64,000 nucleotides of DNA from Escherichia phage vB_EcoM_G4507: the sequence record NC_054919.1. One strand, given 5' to 3'. The notes beneath the pieces were generated by a model. That model had not been told where the DNA came from. It was given only the letters and a program-made list of their open reading frames with translations, and did no database searches. Both the position numbers and the translations under genes were made by a program. Positions 1 to 7,034 of this stretch are shown here, in pieces; the stretch's first letter is position 1, and every line of letters starts with the position of its first letter.

Positions 1-400
1 TCACATATTGCCACTGAGTACGAGGAATAAGAGCAAAAGCATCCATCTCTGGAATCATAACGCCATCTTTATTTTCAAAATAAGACTCGCAATGGCAATT
101 TCTGAACATCTCATGCTCTACTGGAATCGTATAATAAAATAACTGTAAGTCTTTATTACTAGAATATTTAAATACACCTAGGTCTTCTAGAAGGTCTGGA
201 TTATAATTGCTAAAACCGGTCTCTTCTAAGCATTCTCTTTTTGCAGCTTCCAGTGCATTCAAATCAGAACTTTCTACACGGCCCTTTGGAATATCCCAAC
301 GATGTGCCATCATTCCAGGCTTACGAGAACCAGTAACCCGACCCATAAATAAATCTTTATCTTCTGTCATAAAGATAATACCAGCTGATAGTGTTTTCAT
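1..400 (-). CDS. nudE: Nudix hydrolase (NudE-like), partial; C-terminus runs off the window start
   Basis: Minus-strand ATG at 398-400, frame open to the window edge (133 codons); translation MKTLSAGIIFMTEDKD...AAKRECLEETGF carries a Nudix-box-like REx2EExGU motif. Absent from the ORF track because there is no in-window stop. Confidence 0.7.
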   Translation of the reverse strand, partial: MKTLSAGIIFMTEDKDLFMGRVTGSRKPGMMAHRWDIPKGRVESSDLNALEAAKRECLEETGFSNYNPDLLEDLGVFKYSSNKDLQLFYYTIPVEHEMFRNCHCESYFENKDGVMIPEMDAFALIPRTQWQYV

Positions 401-885
401 TTTAATTTCCTGCATTCAGTGATAAAGTTATTTAAATTTTGAGTATATTTCTTTTCATCAAAAATCTTTTGTTGTCTGCGTAAACGCCATGGCATTTCAA
501 TGAACACGCACCACATTCCTGATAATATTGCTGCTGTCAAAATATTAACAAGCATAATTAAAAGAATCCAATCTCCTGTTCTGCCTATTGGACTTTCACC
601 AAAGAAGCAAAATACAAATGATGTCACAGGAAAACTAATGATATACCACAGAATCATAATCTTATTTGTAAACCAATCAGCGTTCGTTAGCTTAGCGCGA
701 CCATTATGAATACACACGAATTTATCATCTGTTATAATAGATGGCTTAGCTGCTTGATATCCCATTCTAAACTCCCTAATCAACAAATTTTTCATATCTT
801 CGGAACAACCATTCCAGTCAACTCTATTAACTGAAATGCCATCATCCCCATCATCTAAATCATACCAGCGAGTTTTTAAAATCAT
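397..885 (-). CDS. small hydrophobic protein, unknown function (e-region accessory ORF)
   Basis: Track ORF 162 aa; ATG at 883-885 with AGGA RBS; start overlaps the stop of the upstream ORF (ATGA); hydrophobic stretches suggest a membrane protein. Confidence 0.55.
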   Translation of the reverse strand: MILKTRWYDLDDGDDGISVNRVDWNGCSEDMKNLLIREFRMGYQAAKPSIITDDKFVCIHNGRAKLTNADWFTNKIMILWYIISFPVTSFVFCFFGESPIGRTGDWILLIMLVNILTAAILSGMWCVFIEMPWRLRRQQKIFDEKKYTQNLNNFITECRKLK

Positions 886-1244
886 TTAATTTTCCTGCAA
901 TCACTCACAAACTCTTCCATTGATTCTTTTTCAATATAAGACATGTAGTTGTTATATTCCTTTAATTGTATTTTGTAATCCTTTTTTCTTTGCCAATTTA
1001 TTTTAAAATTATCATAATGAAAATATAACATGGTACCAAAGAATGAAAATAATGAAATAATTTTAGTATAGTGAAGTTCACTCCAAACTTCTATTATATT
1101 TACTGTGCCGTCAATGTTTAAAATAATACAGTCAATTAACAATCCAAAAAGACTACCCGCAAGAGCTGCAGCCAACGCCACAGCAAAAATTAAAAATGAC
1201 TCAGGAAGAGAATATTTGACTTTATTTAGTTTTGGCTTTTGCAT
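882..1244 (-). CDS. small hydrophobic protein, unknown function (e-region accessory ORF)
   Basis: Track ORF 120 aa; ATG start; long hydrophobic segment (FLIFAVALAAALAGSLFGLLI); overlaps neighbouring ORFs at both ends. Confidence 0.55.
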   Translation of the reverse strand: MQKPKLNKVKYSLPESFLIFAVALAAALAGSLFGLLIDCIILNIDGTVNIIEVWSELHYTKIISLFSFFGTMLYFHYDNFKINWQRKKDYKIQLKEYNNYMSYIEKESMEEFVSDCRKIK

Positions 1245-1618
1245 CGTGATTCCTTAACAAATTTCATAATTTCATCAAATTCATGTGCAGCAAGTTTAAG
1301 CTGATGTTCCTTTTTAATCTTTTTACACTGGGCTTTCCAATCACGTACACGTTTACGATAGTGTCTTCCTTGATACCAGTATCCCACCCAATTTACAGGT
1401 ACTAATAAAAATGGAACTATCATTGGAAGAATTAGTGTTGACGCAAATATTACATTAGATTCAATATCAGTCATAACATCTATAACTATTCCAACCCCCA
1501 GTAGAATTACAAATGATACAGCTATTACAGGACCTATTAATACATCAGTAGAAATTAGCTGGCGCTTTAATTCATACTTCAACGGTTTACTTGGAAGATA
1601 CATTGATGGCTTTGACAT
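1226..1618 (-). CDS. small hydrophobic protein, unknown function (e-region accessory ORF)
   Basis: Track ORF 130 aa; ATG at 1616-1618; predicted transmembrane stretches; overlaps upstream ORF by 32 nt. Confidence 0.55.
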   Translation of the reverse strand: MSKPSMYLPSKPLKYELKRQLISTDVLIGPVIAVSFVILLGVGIVIDVMTDIESNVIFASTLILPMIVPFLLVPVNWVGYWYQGRHYRKRVRDWKAQCKKIKKEHQLKLAAHEFDEIMKFVKESRCKSQN

Positions 1619-2195
1619 ATTCTCTACATTCCTTCACAAATTTTTCTAATAATAAATCGCTTTCAAAATTGGGATTTTCCACGAATTTATCAAAAAGATC
1701 ATCAACAATAGTTAAGATATTCTTTTTACTAAGAATACGCTTATTTTCATGCTTCGTTTCAGAATCAACTATAAGAGTAAAGAAATATTTCTTGCCCTGA
1801 AATTTTACAGTAGTATCAATATAGAATAAATTTGACTTTTGTAAATTACGTTTAAACCATGCATCACTTAAACTATAAACGCCAAGATAATCATAATCGT
1901 CGTTTAAATAACAGACCGTCCATTCAGGAGAAACAAAATCAGTAAATTCAACGTCAAAATCGCATGTTAATGAATGAATTGATTCAATACTGTTAATAAG
2001 TATTCCAGGACGTATTAAAGACTTTTTACCTCTAGAAAATCTTCCAGAAAGATTTTCATCAGTTTCATATGAAGAACCCCAATAATAATTACGTCCTTCT
2101 GCCATACGTTTAAGAGCATTTAATAATTGGTCTGGAACATCAACTCGTCTTTGGAACTCTTCAAACATTGAATTGAAATCACTTTGCATTTTCAT
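1587..2195 (-). CDS. hypothetical protein (e-region accessory ORF)
   Basis: Track ORF 202 aa; ATG at 2193-2195; same strand and tight packing with flanking ORFs. Confidence 0.55.
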   Translation of the reverse strand: MKMQSDFNSMFEEFQRRVDVPDQLLNALKRMAEGRNYYWGSSYETDENLSGRFSRGKKSLIRPGILINSIESIHSLTCDFDVEFTDFVSPEWTVCYLNDDYDYLGVYSLSDAWFKRNLQKSNLFYIDTTVKFQGKKYFFTLIVDSETKHENKRILSKKNILTIVDDLFDKFVENPNFESDLLLEKFVKECREYVKAINVSSK

Positions 2196-2236
2196 TCCTA
2201 CTTACTCCAAGTAATAGGGGCCGAAGCCCCTTATCA

Positions 2237-2830
2237 TTATTTCAGAGAATTAATGTATTCCTGAACATCGGCAGAGGTAGTTTCAACCCCAGAAATATTG
2301 CCATTAAAGGTTTCAACTCGGGCAAGAGTATCTTCAATATCAACCTTAGTCAGTGCTGCAATTTCAACTACATCATCAGCAGTACTAATTCCAAGTGCAT
2401 TCGCAGCACGAGTTTCACGGATATATTCCAATTTAACTGCAAGTTCTTGACGAGCATCATCTAACTCAACTACTTTCTTGGCGATTTCAATTCGCATTTC
2501 AGCATAACCATCAGCTTTAGTAGTCAACTGCTCAGCTGTTCGACGATATAGTAAACCGAGTTTAGCATGCATTGTTACATCTTGACCTTCAGAAAGGAGC
2601 TTGCGAATTTCGCGCTCTTTTGATTCGGCCTGCTTATTCTTTTCGACAATAAGTTCACGAATACGCTTTTCTTCGTTAATAGATTTAATGGAAGCAGTTT
2701 TTAGGTCTTTAATCTTATCAAGTAGTTTTGCTGCTGCAGCAGTATACTGTTCTTCAACAGATAGATTTTTAGCCATAGCAGAACCAAGTTTAGTGCGAAT
2801 AAACTCAACAATTTTCTTCAGTGTGTTCAT
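2237..2830 (-). CDS. coiled-coil protein, unknown function (e-region accessory ORF)
   Basis: Track ORF 197 aa; ATG at 2828-2830 preceded by AAGGAA RBS; K/E/R/L-rich sequence; early promoter immediately upstream. Confidence 0.6.
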   Translation of the reverse strand: MNTLKKIVEFIRTKLGSAMAKNLSVEEQYTAAAAKLLDKIKDLKTASIKSINEEKRIRELIVEKNKQAESKEREIRKLLSEGQDVTMHAKLGLLYRRTAEQLTTKADGYAEMRIEIAKKVVELDDARQELAVKLEYIRETRAANALGISTADDVVEIAALTKVDIEDTLARVETFNGNISGVETTSADVQEYINSLK

Positions 2831-2871
2831 AGTATTTCCTTAGGTTGATTAAAATTAAAATCCACAGAAAA

Positions 2872-2900
2872 ATTATATCATGCTATTTAAGAGATGTAAA
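2872..2900 (-). promoter_or_regulatory. sigma70-type early promoter upstream of ORF 2237..2830
   Basis: Minus strand TTTACA (plus 2895-2900) - 17 nt - TATAAT (plus 2872-2877); lies in the 3' end of the upstream ORF. Confidence 0.55.
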
Positions 2901-3391
2901 CTATTTTTAATTTTACAAATTCGTTCAGCTTCTTCAACAGCGGCAGTGATAATGCTTTTAGCTATAGGAGTACTAATACTAGTAGCTTTTACACTTAACA
3001 CGATTTCTTTATCTTTACCAGGCCAACCCCACGATTTTTCACCATGAGTGCCTTTAATTACAGCAGACACCTCAAGTGAGCATCCATTATCACATGTTTT
3101 TACATTAACAACCCAAGTGTCACTTTTCTCAACCGGTTTATCCCAGTAAATATTAAGAATACGTGGGACATCAAATTTAGCAGGGCAAATCTTAACAGTA
3201 AGACCTTCGCTTTCTAGCCAATTAATAAGAGGGCGTTCATACATGCGGCGATGTGGGCTTTGAACTCGACAAGCTTTGTACCCATTGCTTGCGGCTTCAC
3301 TAAGCTCTTCTAATACCTGCTTTTGCATTATTGATAAGATACCATCAAAAGATTTTTCGGAAGTTTCATTCAGTTCGGTATAAAGAGACAT
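2873..3391 (-). CDS. hypothetical protein (e-region accessory ORF)
   Basis: Track ORF 2873..3406 begins at a TTG; first ATG (MSLYTELNE) at 3389-3391 with GAGGA RBS 8 nt upstream; early promoter upstream. Confidence 0.55.
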   Translation of the reverse strand: MSLYTELNETSEKSFDGILSIMQKQVLEELSEAASNGYKACRVQSPHRRMYERPLINWLESEGLTVKICPAKFDVPRILNIYWDKPVEKSDTWVVNVKTCDNGCSLEVSAVIKGTHGEKSWGWPGKDKEIVLSVKATSISTPIAKSIITAAVEEAERICKIKNSLHLLNSMI

Positions 3392-3409
3392 AACAGTTTT
3401 CCTCAAATT

Positions 3410-3446
3410 ATAGGCTCATAATATCTCAATCATGAGCCTATGTAAA
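3410..3446 (-). promoter_or_regulatory. early promoter with flanking 10-bp inverted repeat, upstream of ORF 2873..3391
   Basis: Minus strand GTTTACA (3441-3446) - 17 nt - TATTAT (3418-3423); inverted repeat ATAGGCTCAT / ATGAGCCTAT at 3410-3419 and 3432-3441. Confidence 0.6.
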
Positions 3447-3447
3447 C

Positions 3448-3711
3448 TTATTTCATATTATTGAAATATTCTTCTGCAATTTCGTCGTTATCATGATAAA
3501 CTTTAGAAGACAGTTTAACATAACCTTCAGCAGTGAACATGTTAATCACAACCTTTACAGTATACCACTGACCATCTTCATTACCCATTACTGCGTAAGT
3601 TTCAAACATCGGATGATCAGGACCGATAACTTTAATATCATTCACTGTACGACCAAAATCTTCTGAAACACATTTCATAAAGAAGTTGAACAGTTCGCCG
3701 TAATTATCCAT
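3448..3711 (-). CDS. hypothetical protein (e-region accessory ORF)
   Basis: Track ORF 3448..3723 begins at TTG; first ATG (MDNYGELF) at 3709-3711 with GGAG RBS; early promoter upstream. Confidence 0.5.
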   Translation of the reverse strand: MDNYGELFNFFMKCVSEDFGRTVNDIKVIGPDHPMFETYAVMGNEDGQWYTVKVVINMFTAEGYVKLSSKVYHDNDEIAEEYFNNMK

Positions 3712-3754
3712 TTCATTCTCCAAGTTGTTTTCTGTATCAGTAGTTGATAGTTGT

Positions 3755-3783
3755 ATAGTACCATAGAAGAACAGGGATGTAAA
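3755..3783 (-). promoter_or_regulatory. early promoter upstream of ORF 3448..3711
   Basis: Minus strand TTTACA (3778-3783) - 17 nt - TACTAT (3755-3760), A/T-rich upstream region. Confidence 0.6.
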
Positions 3784-3912
3784 CAGTTTTGTGAAAAATT
3801 TTTTAAAAAGTTTTGGGGAATTCTAGGGCAAGGAGGGGAAATTAAAGGATAGGATAATATATTATAAAGGGTAGAAACTAAATGATGCCTAGAGAGGCCT
3901 GGAAAGGCCTAG

Positions 3913-3945
3913 ATACCAAAAAGCCCCAACCTTTTGGTCGGGACT
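3913..3945 (-). terminator. intrinsic terminator after the internal protein gene
   Basis: Minus strand CCCGACC-AAAA-GGTTGGG hairpin followed by GCTTTTTGG. Confidence 0.6.
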
Positions 3946-3952
3946 AAGAATG

Positions 3953-4426
3953 TTATTTGATTTGTTTAGCAGACCAAATGCGGTCTTTAATAATTTTTTG
4001 GATGTCTTCAACATACTCGAGAGAATGAGCATGTGGGTTATCTTTAAAGCTATGAGCACGAGCTAGCTTTTGGCCTTCAGTTTTGATTACTAAAAGCTCT
4101 TTAAGGATAGCTTCATATTTGGAGATAATTCCTTTAACGATATTTTTTTCTTGTGCGACTTTAGGATCTGCTTTAGGAGCAGGTTTACCCGAAGCCTTTG
4201 CAAAAGCAGCGCCAGTAGCAACTAAACTTTTCCAGGCCATACTAACTGCATTTCCCGTAAATCCTTCCGCTTTCATGTCGCGTGCGAACTGGAATCGTGA
4301 TTCATCAGAAGCATCTTTGTAAGAATATTTACCCGCTGCAATGGCTGCTTTTGCGACAGCTTGAATTTCGGTGCTAGATGCTTCATTTAACACCGCTTCA
4401 TTTAAAAATTGAGTATATGATTTCAT
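3953..4426 (-). CDS. internal head protein (IPII/IPIII family) with N-terminal capsid-targeting sequence
   Basis: Read from internal ATG 4424-4426 (AGGA RBS) of track ORF 3953..4648; N-terminus MKSYTQFLNEA resembles the T4 internal-protein targeting sequence MKTYQEF..E-A with LxE motifs; the longer track ORF would run through a hairpin and tRNA-like RNA. Confidence 0.65.
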   Translation of the reverse strand: MKSYTQFLNEAVLNEASSTEIQAVAKAAIAAGKYSYKDASDESRFQFARDMKAEGFTGNAVSMAWKSLVATGAAFAKASGKPAPKADPKVAQEKNIVKGIISKYEAILKELLVIKTEGQKLARAHSFKDNPHAHSLEYVEDIQKIIKDRIWSAKQIK

Positions 4427-4464
4427 CTTATTTCCTGTTTTAATTTGTAGATTTAATATACTAA

Positions 4465-4472
4465 TATTTATA
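4465..4472 (-). promoter_or_regulatory. T4-type late promoter (TATAAATA) upstream of the internal protein gene
   Basis: Minus-strand TATAAATA ~40 nt upstream of ATG 4426. Confidence 0.5.
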
Positions 4473-4502
4473 CCAAAAAGCCCCAACCTTTCAGTCGGGG
4501 CT
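4473..4502 (-). terminator. intrinsic terminator at the 3' end of the structured RNA region
   Basis: Minus strand CCCCGAC-TGAAAG-GTTGGGG hairpin followed by CTTTTTGG; near-duplicate of the 3913-3945 element. Confidence 0.55.
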
Positions 4503-4808
4503 AAGCCTTGCGGCAACCTTGTCGGGGTTCCACCTGCTAAGGCAAGTGTTTGTACGAAACGCCGGGATTCGAACCCGGTTATTAAGTAGTTGACGCTACT
4601 CAATATTTTAAAAGGCCATATCTCGACCATATCCGAACGTTCCGTCAAAAACGCTACTCGGTTTACGGCAAAGATATTTCCTCGAATCGATAATTCGGTG
4701 CGCCGTTTCTGCTGTGATAGTAAAGAGCCAGAACACAGTAAAACTGTGGGAGGAAACTATACTCCAGGGAACATCAGTCCGACGACTTACCGGTAGCGAC
4801 CCGGTTTC
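4503..4808 (-). ncRNA. candidate structured small stable RNA(s) with a tRNA-like T-arm, between ORF 4809..5159 and the internal protein gene
   Basis: No convincing ORF; minus strand carries GGTTCGAATCC T-loop (plus 4561-4579) flanked by a possible acceptor pairing CGGAACG/CGTTTCG but no canonical D/anticodon arms, several short hairpins, and ends at a hairpin plus U-tract (4473-4502). Placement next to the tRNA array recalls the small stable RNAs of T4 (recollection only). Confidence 0.35.
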
Positions 4809-5159
4809 TTAGTATTCTTTTAAAGCATCAACCTGTTCACGACGTTTACGCCATAAATCAATTACTTCATACGCAGATTCAGCATTTCGAATTGGACGGC
4901 ATTTATATAAAGACTTGTGATTTTGATATTGTGTAGATAACGGAATTTTATCTAAAAGGTCTTTACGTTCAAAATATTCGTAACCATCTAAACCAAATGA
5001 ACGATTTTTGAGAAATTGCCAATGACCAAATTCGTTTTCGACATAAACATAATCTGCATGCTGATAAAGCAAATTAATTACACGTTCAGAAATAACAGTA
5101 TCATTATGATTAAAATAGAATGTTAAATCATGAACTACTAAATAAACATTACCTTTCAT
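4809..5159 (-). CDS. hypothetical protein, 116 aa, immediately downstream of tRNA-Arg
   Basis: Track ORF; ATG at 5157-5159 with GAGGA RBS at 5164-5168, 18 nt after the tRNA-Arg 3' end; no recognisable motifs. Confidence 0.5.
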   Translation of the reverse strand: MKGNVYLVVHDLTFYFNHNDTVISERVINLLYQHADYVYVENEFGHWQFLKNRSFGLDGYEYFERKDLLDKIPLSTQYQNHKSLYKCRPIRNAESAYEVIDLWRKRREQVDALKEY

Positions 5160-5177
5160 ATTTTCCTCACTTATAAT

Positions 5178-5253
5178 TGGTCGAGGCAGTAGGGATCGAA
5201 CCTACGACCCAGGACTTAGAAGGTCCTTGCTCTTCCTTCTGAGCTATGCCCCG
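5178..5253 (-). tRNA. tRNA-Arg (anticodon TCT)
   Basis: Hand-folded cloverleaf on minus strand: acceptor CGGGGCA/TGCCTCG, anticodon stem AGGAC/GTCCT, loop CTTCTAA, T-loop GGTTCGATCC, encoded CCA. Confidence 0.8.
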
Positions 5254-5257
5254 TAAT

Positions 5258-5333
5258 TGGGGTGACCGATGGGAGTCGAACCCATGACTACGAGAATCAC
5301 AATCTCGAGTTCTACCAACTGAACTACGGCCAC
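5258..5333 (-). tRNA. tRNA-His (anticodon GTG)
   Basis: Minus strand 76 nt: acceptor GTGGCCG/CGGTCAC, D-stem GTTC/GAAC, anticodon stem CGAGA/TCTCG, loop TTGTGAT, T-arm ATGGG-TTCGACT-CCCAT, encoded CCA. Confidence 0.8.
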
Positions 5334-5447
5334 ATTAATACCTACTCCAACAATCATGATGTCTTCACACGAAATTAAGAGAAGAGTGATCAGTTCAACC
5401 CCTATAATCGCGTCAAGTAGATATTAATGTGACAGTTGTCACAAATT

Positions 5448-5522
5448 TGGCGGACGTGATAGGATTCGAACCTATAACCAATCGCTTAACAGGCGATCGC
5501 TCTGCCATTGAGCTACACATCC
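5448..5522 (-). tRNA. tRNA-Asn (anticodon GTT)
   Basis: Minus strand 75 nt: acceptor GGATGTG/CACGTCC, anticodon stem ATCGC/GCGAT, loop CTGTTAA, T-loop GGTTCGAATCC, encoded CCA. Confidence 0.8.
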
Positions 5523-5526
5523 AAAT

Positions 5527-5613
5527 TGGTGGGGAGTGATGGAGTCGAACCACCCGAGTCGCAATGACAATGAATTTACAGTCCACATCGCTACCTCTAC
5601 GGGATAACTCCCC
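5527..5613 (-). tRNA. type II tRNA with long variable arm, probably tRNA-Tyr (anticodon GTA)
   Basis: Minus strand 87 nt: acceptor GGGGAGT/ACTCCCC, anticodon loop CTGTAAA on a stem with two G-U pairs, variable-arm hairpin GTC-ATTGC-GAC, T-arm GGTGG-TTCGACT-CCATC, encoded CCA; D-arm fold is non-canonical, so isotype is tentative. Confidence 0.55.
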
Positions 5614-5619
5614 TTAATT

Positions 5620-5694
5620 TGGTGGCCCTGGGTGGAATTGAACCACCATCTGGCGATTATGAGTCGCTTGCTTGAACCTTCCAGCTACAGGGCC
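5620..5694 (-). tRNA. tRNA with anticodon CAT (elongator Met, or Ile if C34 is lysidine-modified)
   Basis: Minus strand 75 nt: acceptor GGCCCTG/CAGGGCC, anticodon loop CTCATAA, T-arm GGTGG-TTCAATT-CCACC, encoded CCA. Confidence 0.7.
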
Positions 5695-5695
5695 T

Positions 5696-5771
5696 TGGTG
5701 CTGATTGACGGAATCGAACCGCCGACCTTCTCATTACAAGTGAGTTGCTCTACCTACTGAGCTAAATCAGC
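5696..5771 (-). tRNA. tRNA-Thr (anticodon TGT)
   Basis: Minus strand 76 nt: acceptor GCTGATT/AATCAGC, D-stem GCTC/GAGC, anticodon loop CTTGTAA, T-loop GGTTCGATTCC, encoded CCA. Confidence 0.8.
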
Positions 5772-5776
5772 AAAAC

Positions 5777-5866
5777 TGGCGGAGGCGATAGGATTTGAAC
5801 CTATGAGTCGCCGGAGCGACTGCCGGTTTTCAAGACCGGTGCATTAAACCACTCTGCCACGCCTCC
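5777..5866 (-). tRNA. tRNA-Ser (anticodon TGA), type II
   Basis: Minus strand 90 nt: acceptor GGAGGCG/CGCCTCC, anticodon stem CCGGT/ACCGG, loop CTTGAAA, long variable arm, T-loop GGTTCAAATCC, encoded CCA. Confidence 0.8.
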
Positions 5867-5868
5867 AG

Positions 5869-5942
5869 TCTCCATACAAGGATTTGAACCTTGGACCTCC
5901 TGATCCCAAATCAGGCGCTCTACCAAACTGAGCTACACGGAG
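5869..5942 (-). tRNA. tRNA-Pro (anticodon TGG), CCA not encoded
   Basis: Minus strand 74 nt: acceptor CTCCGTG/TATGGAG (two G-U), anticodon stem CCTGA/TCAGG, loop TTTGGGA, T-loop GGTTCAAATCC; 3' end followed by CTGG, not CCA. Confidence 0.75.
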
Positions 5943-5952
5943 TAAATTAAAT

Positions 5953-6026
<74 letters not shown>

Positions 6027-6031
6027 AAATT

Positions 6032-6118
6032 TGGTGCGAGAAGTGAGACTCGAACCCACAAGGAAATAATTCCGCAGCATTTTAAGTGCTGTGCCTTTAC
6101 CAATTTGACCATTCTCGC
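6032..6118 (-). tRNA. tRNA-Leu (anticodon TAA), type II
   Basis: Minus strand 87 nt: acceptor GCGAGAA/TTCTCGC, anticodon stem CAGCA/TGCTG, loop CTTAAAA, long variable arm, T-arm GTGGG-TTCGAGT-CTCAC, encoded CCA. Confidence 0.8.
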
Positions 6119-6119
6119 G

Positions 6120-6192
6120 CTGGGAATAAAGGACTCGAACCTTTGCATCCTGGAATCAAAATCCAGTGCCTTACCAACTTGGCTAATTCCCA
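6120..6192 (-). tRNA. tRNA-Gln (anticodon TTG), CCA not encoded
   Basis: Minus strand 73 nt: acceptor TGGGAAT/ATTCCCA, anticodon stem CTGGA/TCCAG, loop TTTTGAT, T-arm AAAGG-TTCGAGT-CCTTT; only 1 nt separates it from tRNA-Leu. Confidence 0.75.
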
Positions 6193-6289
6193 ATTATTAA
6201 CAAAGGCTCTTTAGCAAGAACCCTTGATGATAGAGGGTATTAATCAGTGCGGTATGAGTTAATAATAACAAATAATTCTTAAAGCATAT

Positions 6290-6577
6290 TTACCATTTAT
6301 GATAATACATATTTACGATGCATTCAAGGCCCAAAGGATTCCTGAAAATATCATATTCAAGAGGACCTTTTTCTGTTTCAATAAAGAAATCAAAATTTAC
6401 TGTATTAAATTTACGGTCTTCCTTCACTAATTTAACTTGGGAAGATGAACGGTCAACATAAACCTTTTCAACTTCAAAACACGTTAAAACGCCATAATCA
6501 TCAATCAAGGCTTTAGCCGCGTCTTGATCATATTTATATCCATTTTCAATGGACGATACTTTTGCATAAAGAATCAT
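6290..6577 (-). CDS. hypothetical protein (accessory ORF between tRNA array and ipI)
   Basis: Track ORF 6290..6583 begins at GTG; first ATG (MILYAKVSS) at 6575-6577 with GGAG RBS; directly follows stop of upstream ORF (TGA-TA-ATG). Confidence 0.45.
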   Translation of the reverse strand: MILYAKVSSIENGYKYDQDAAKALIDDYGVLTCFEVEKVYVDRSSSQVKLVKEDRKFNTVNFDFFIETEKGPLEYDIFRNPLGLECIVNMYYHKW

Positions 6578-6579
6578 TA

Positions 6580-6960
6580 TCACACTCCGTAGTCTATCTT
6601 GACCAATCTACCTTTGTAGTAGCCAAAGTTCTTTGGAAAGGCATCATACTCAAAGAAATCACGGTCAAGCGTTCTGCATTCATCACCATCAACATCATTA
6701 TAGAGCTTTTGCAAATCAGATTTAAAAAGCTCCTTATCCTCAACTGGCTCTGCTTTGTGCATCACAACCATGAGACCAAATCTGTTTGAGTATGCTATTG
6801 GGCATAGGTATTTGTTATCATACCCCTTCCACTGACCTTCTGTAAGATTGCTGAGCATACCCTGCACGAAGTGTTTCCATGTCTTGGGGATAGGGAACTT
6901 AATAGCATACTTATGTGTTAGTAGTACCCATCTGGTTCCACCCGATTTAATTAATTTCAT
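6580..6960 (-). CDS. hypothetical protein (accessory ORF)
   Basis: Track ORF 126 aa; ATG at 6958-6960; no motif recognised. Confidence 0.5.
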   Translation of the reverse strand: MKLIKSGGTRWVLLTHKYAIKFPIPKTWKHFVQGMLSNLTEGQWKGYDNKYLCPIAYSNRFGLMVVMHKAEPVEDKELFKSDLQKLYNDVDGDECRTLDRDFFEYDAFPKNFGYYKGRLVKIDYGV

Positions 6961-6984
6961 AGTCTCAGCTACCTCAATATTAAT

Positions 6985-7032
6985 TTAAGCAATATCATTC
7001 CTGTAAGGTAGTACTTTAGCATAAAGAATCAT
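6985..7032 (-). pseudogene. 15-codon remnant ORF duplicating the 5' end of the 6290..6577 gene
   Basis: Minus strand ATGATTCTTTATGCTAAAGTA.. (MILYAKVLPYRNDIA*) begins 2 nt after the stop of ORF 7035..7445; first 7 codons and the TGA-NN-ATG junction match the start of ORF 6290..6577. Confidence 0.5.
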
Positions 7033-7034
7033 TG

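Noticed and set aside
207-422. Plus-strand 71-aa ORF at 207..422
   Set aside because: Antisense to the nudE-like coding sequence, which has a conserved Nudix motif; no RBS.
3953-4648. Full-length 231-aa version of the track ORF (start 4648)
   Set aside because: The N-terminal 74 codons would run through a terminator hairpin, a TATAAATA late promoter and the tRNA-like RNA region; the internal ATG at 4426 has an RBS and gives a protein starting with the internal-protein targeting sequence.
6193-6217. Possible MotA-box middle promoter (TTGCTAA ... TAATAAT) for the tRNA array
   Set aside because: The putative -10 overlaps the 5' end of tRNA-Gln, so the transcription start would fall inside the tRNA; spacing is only approximate.
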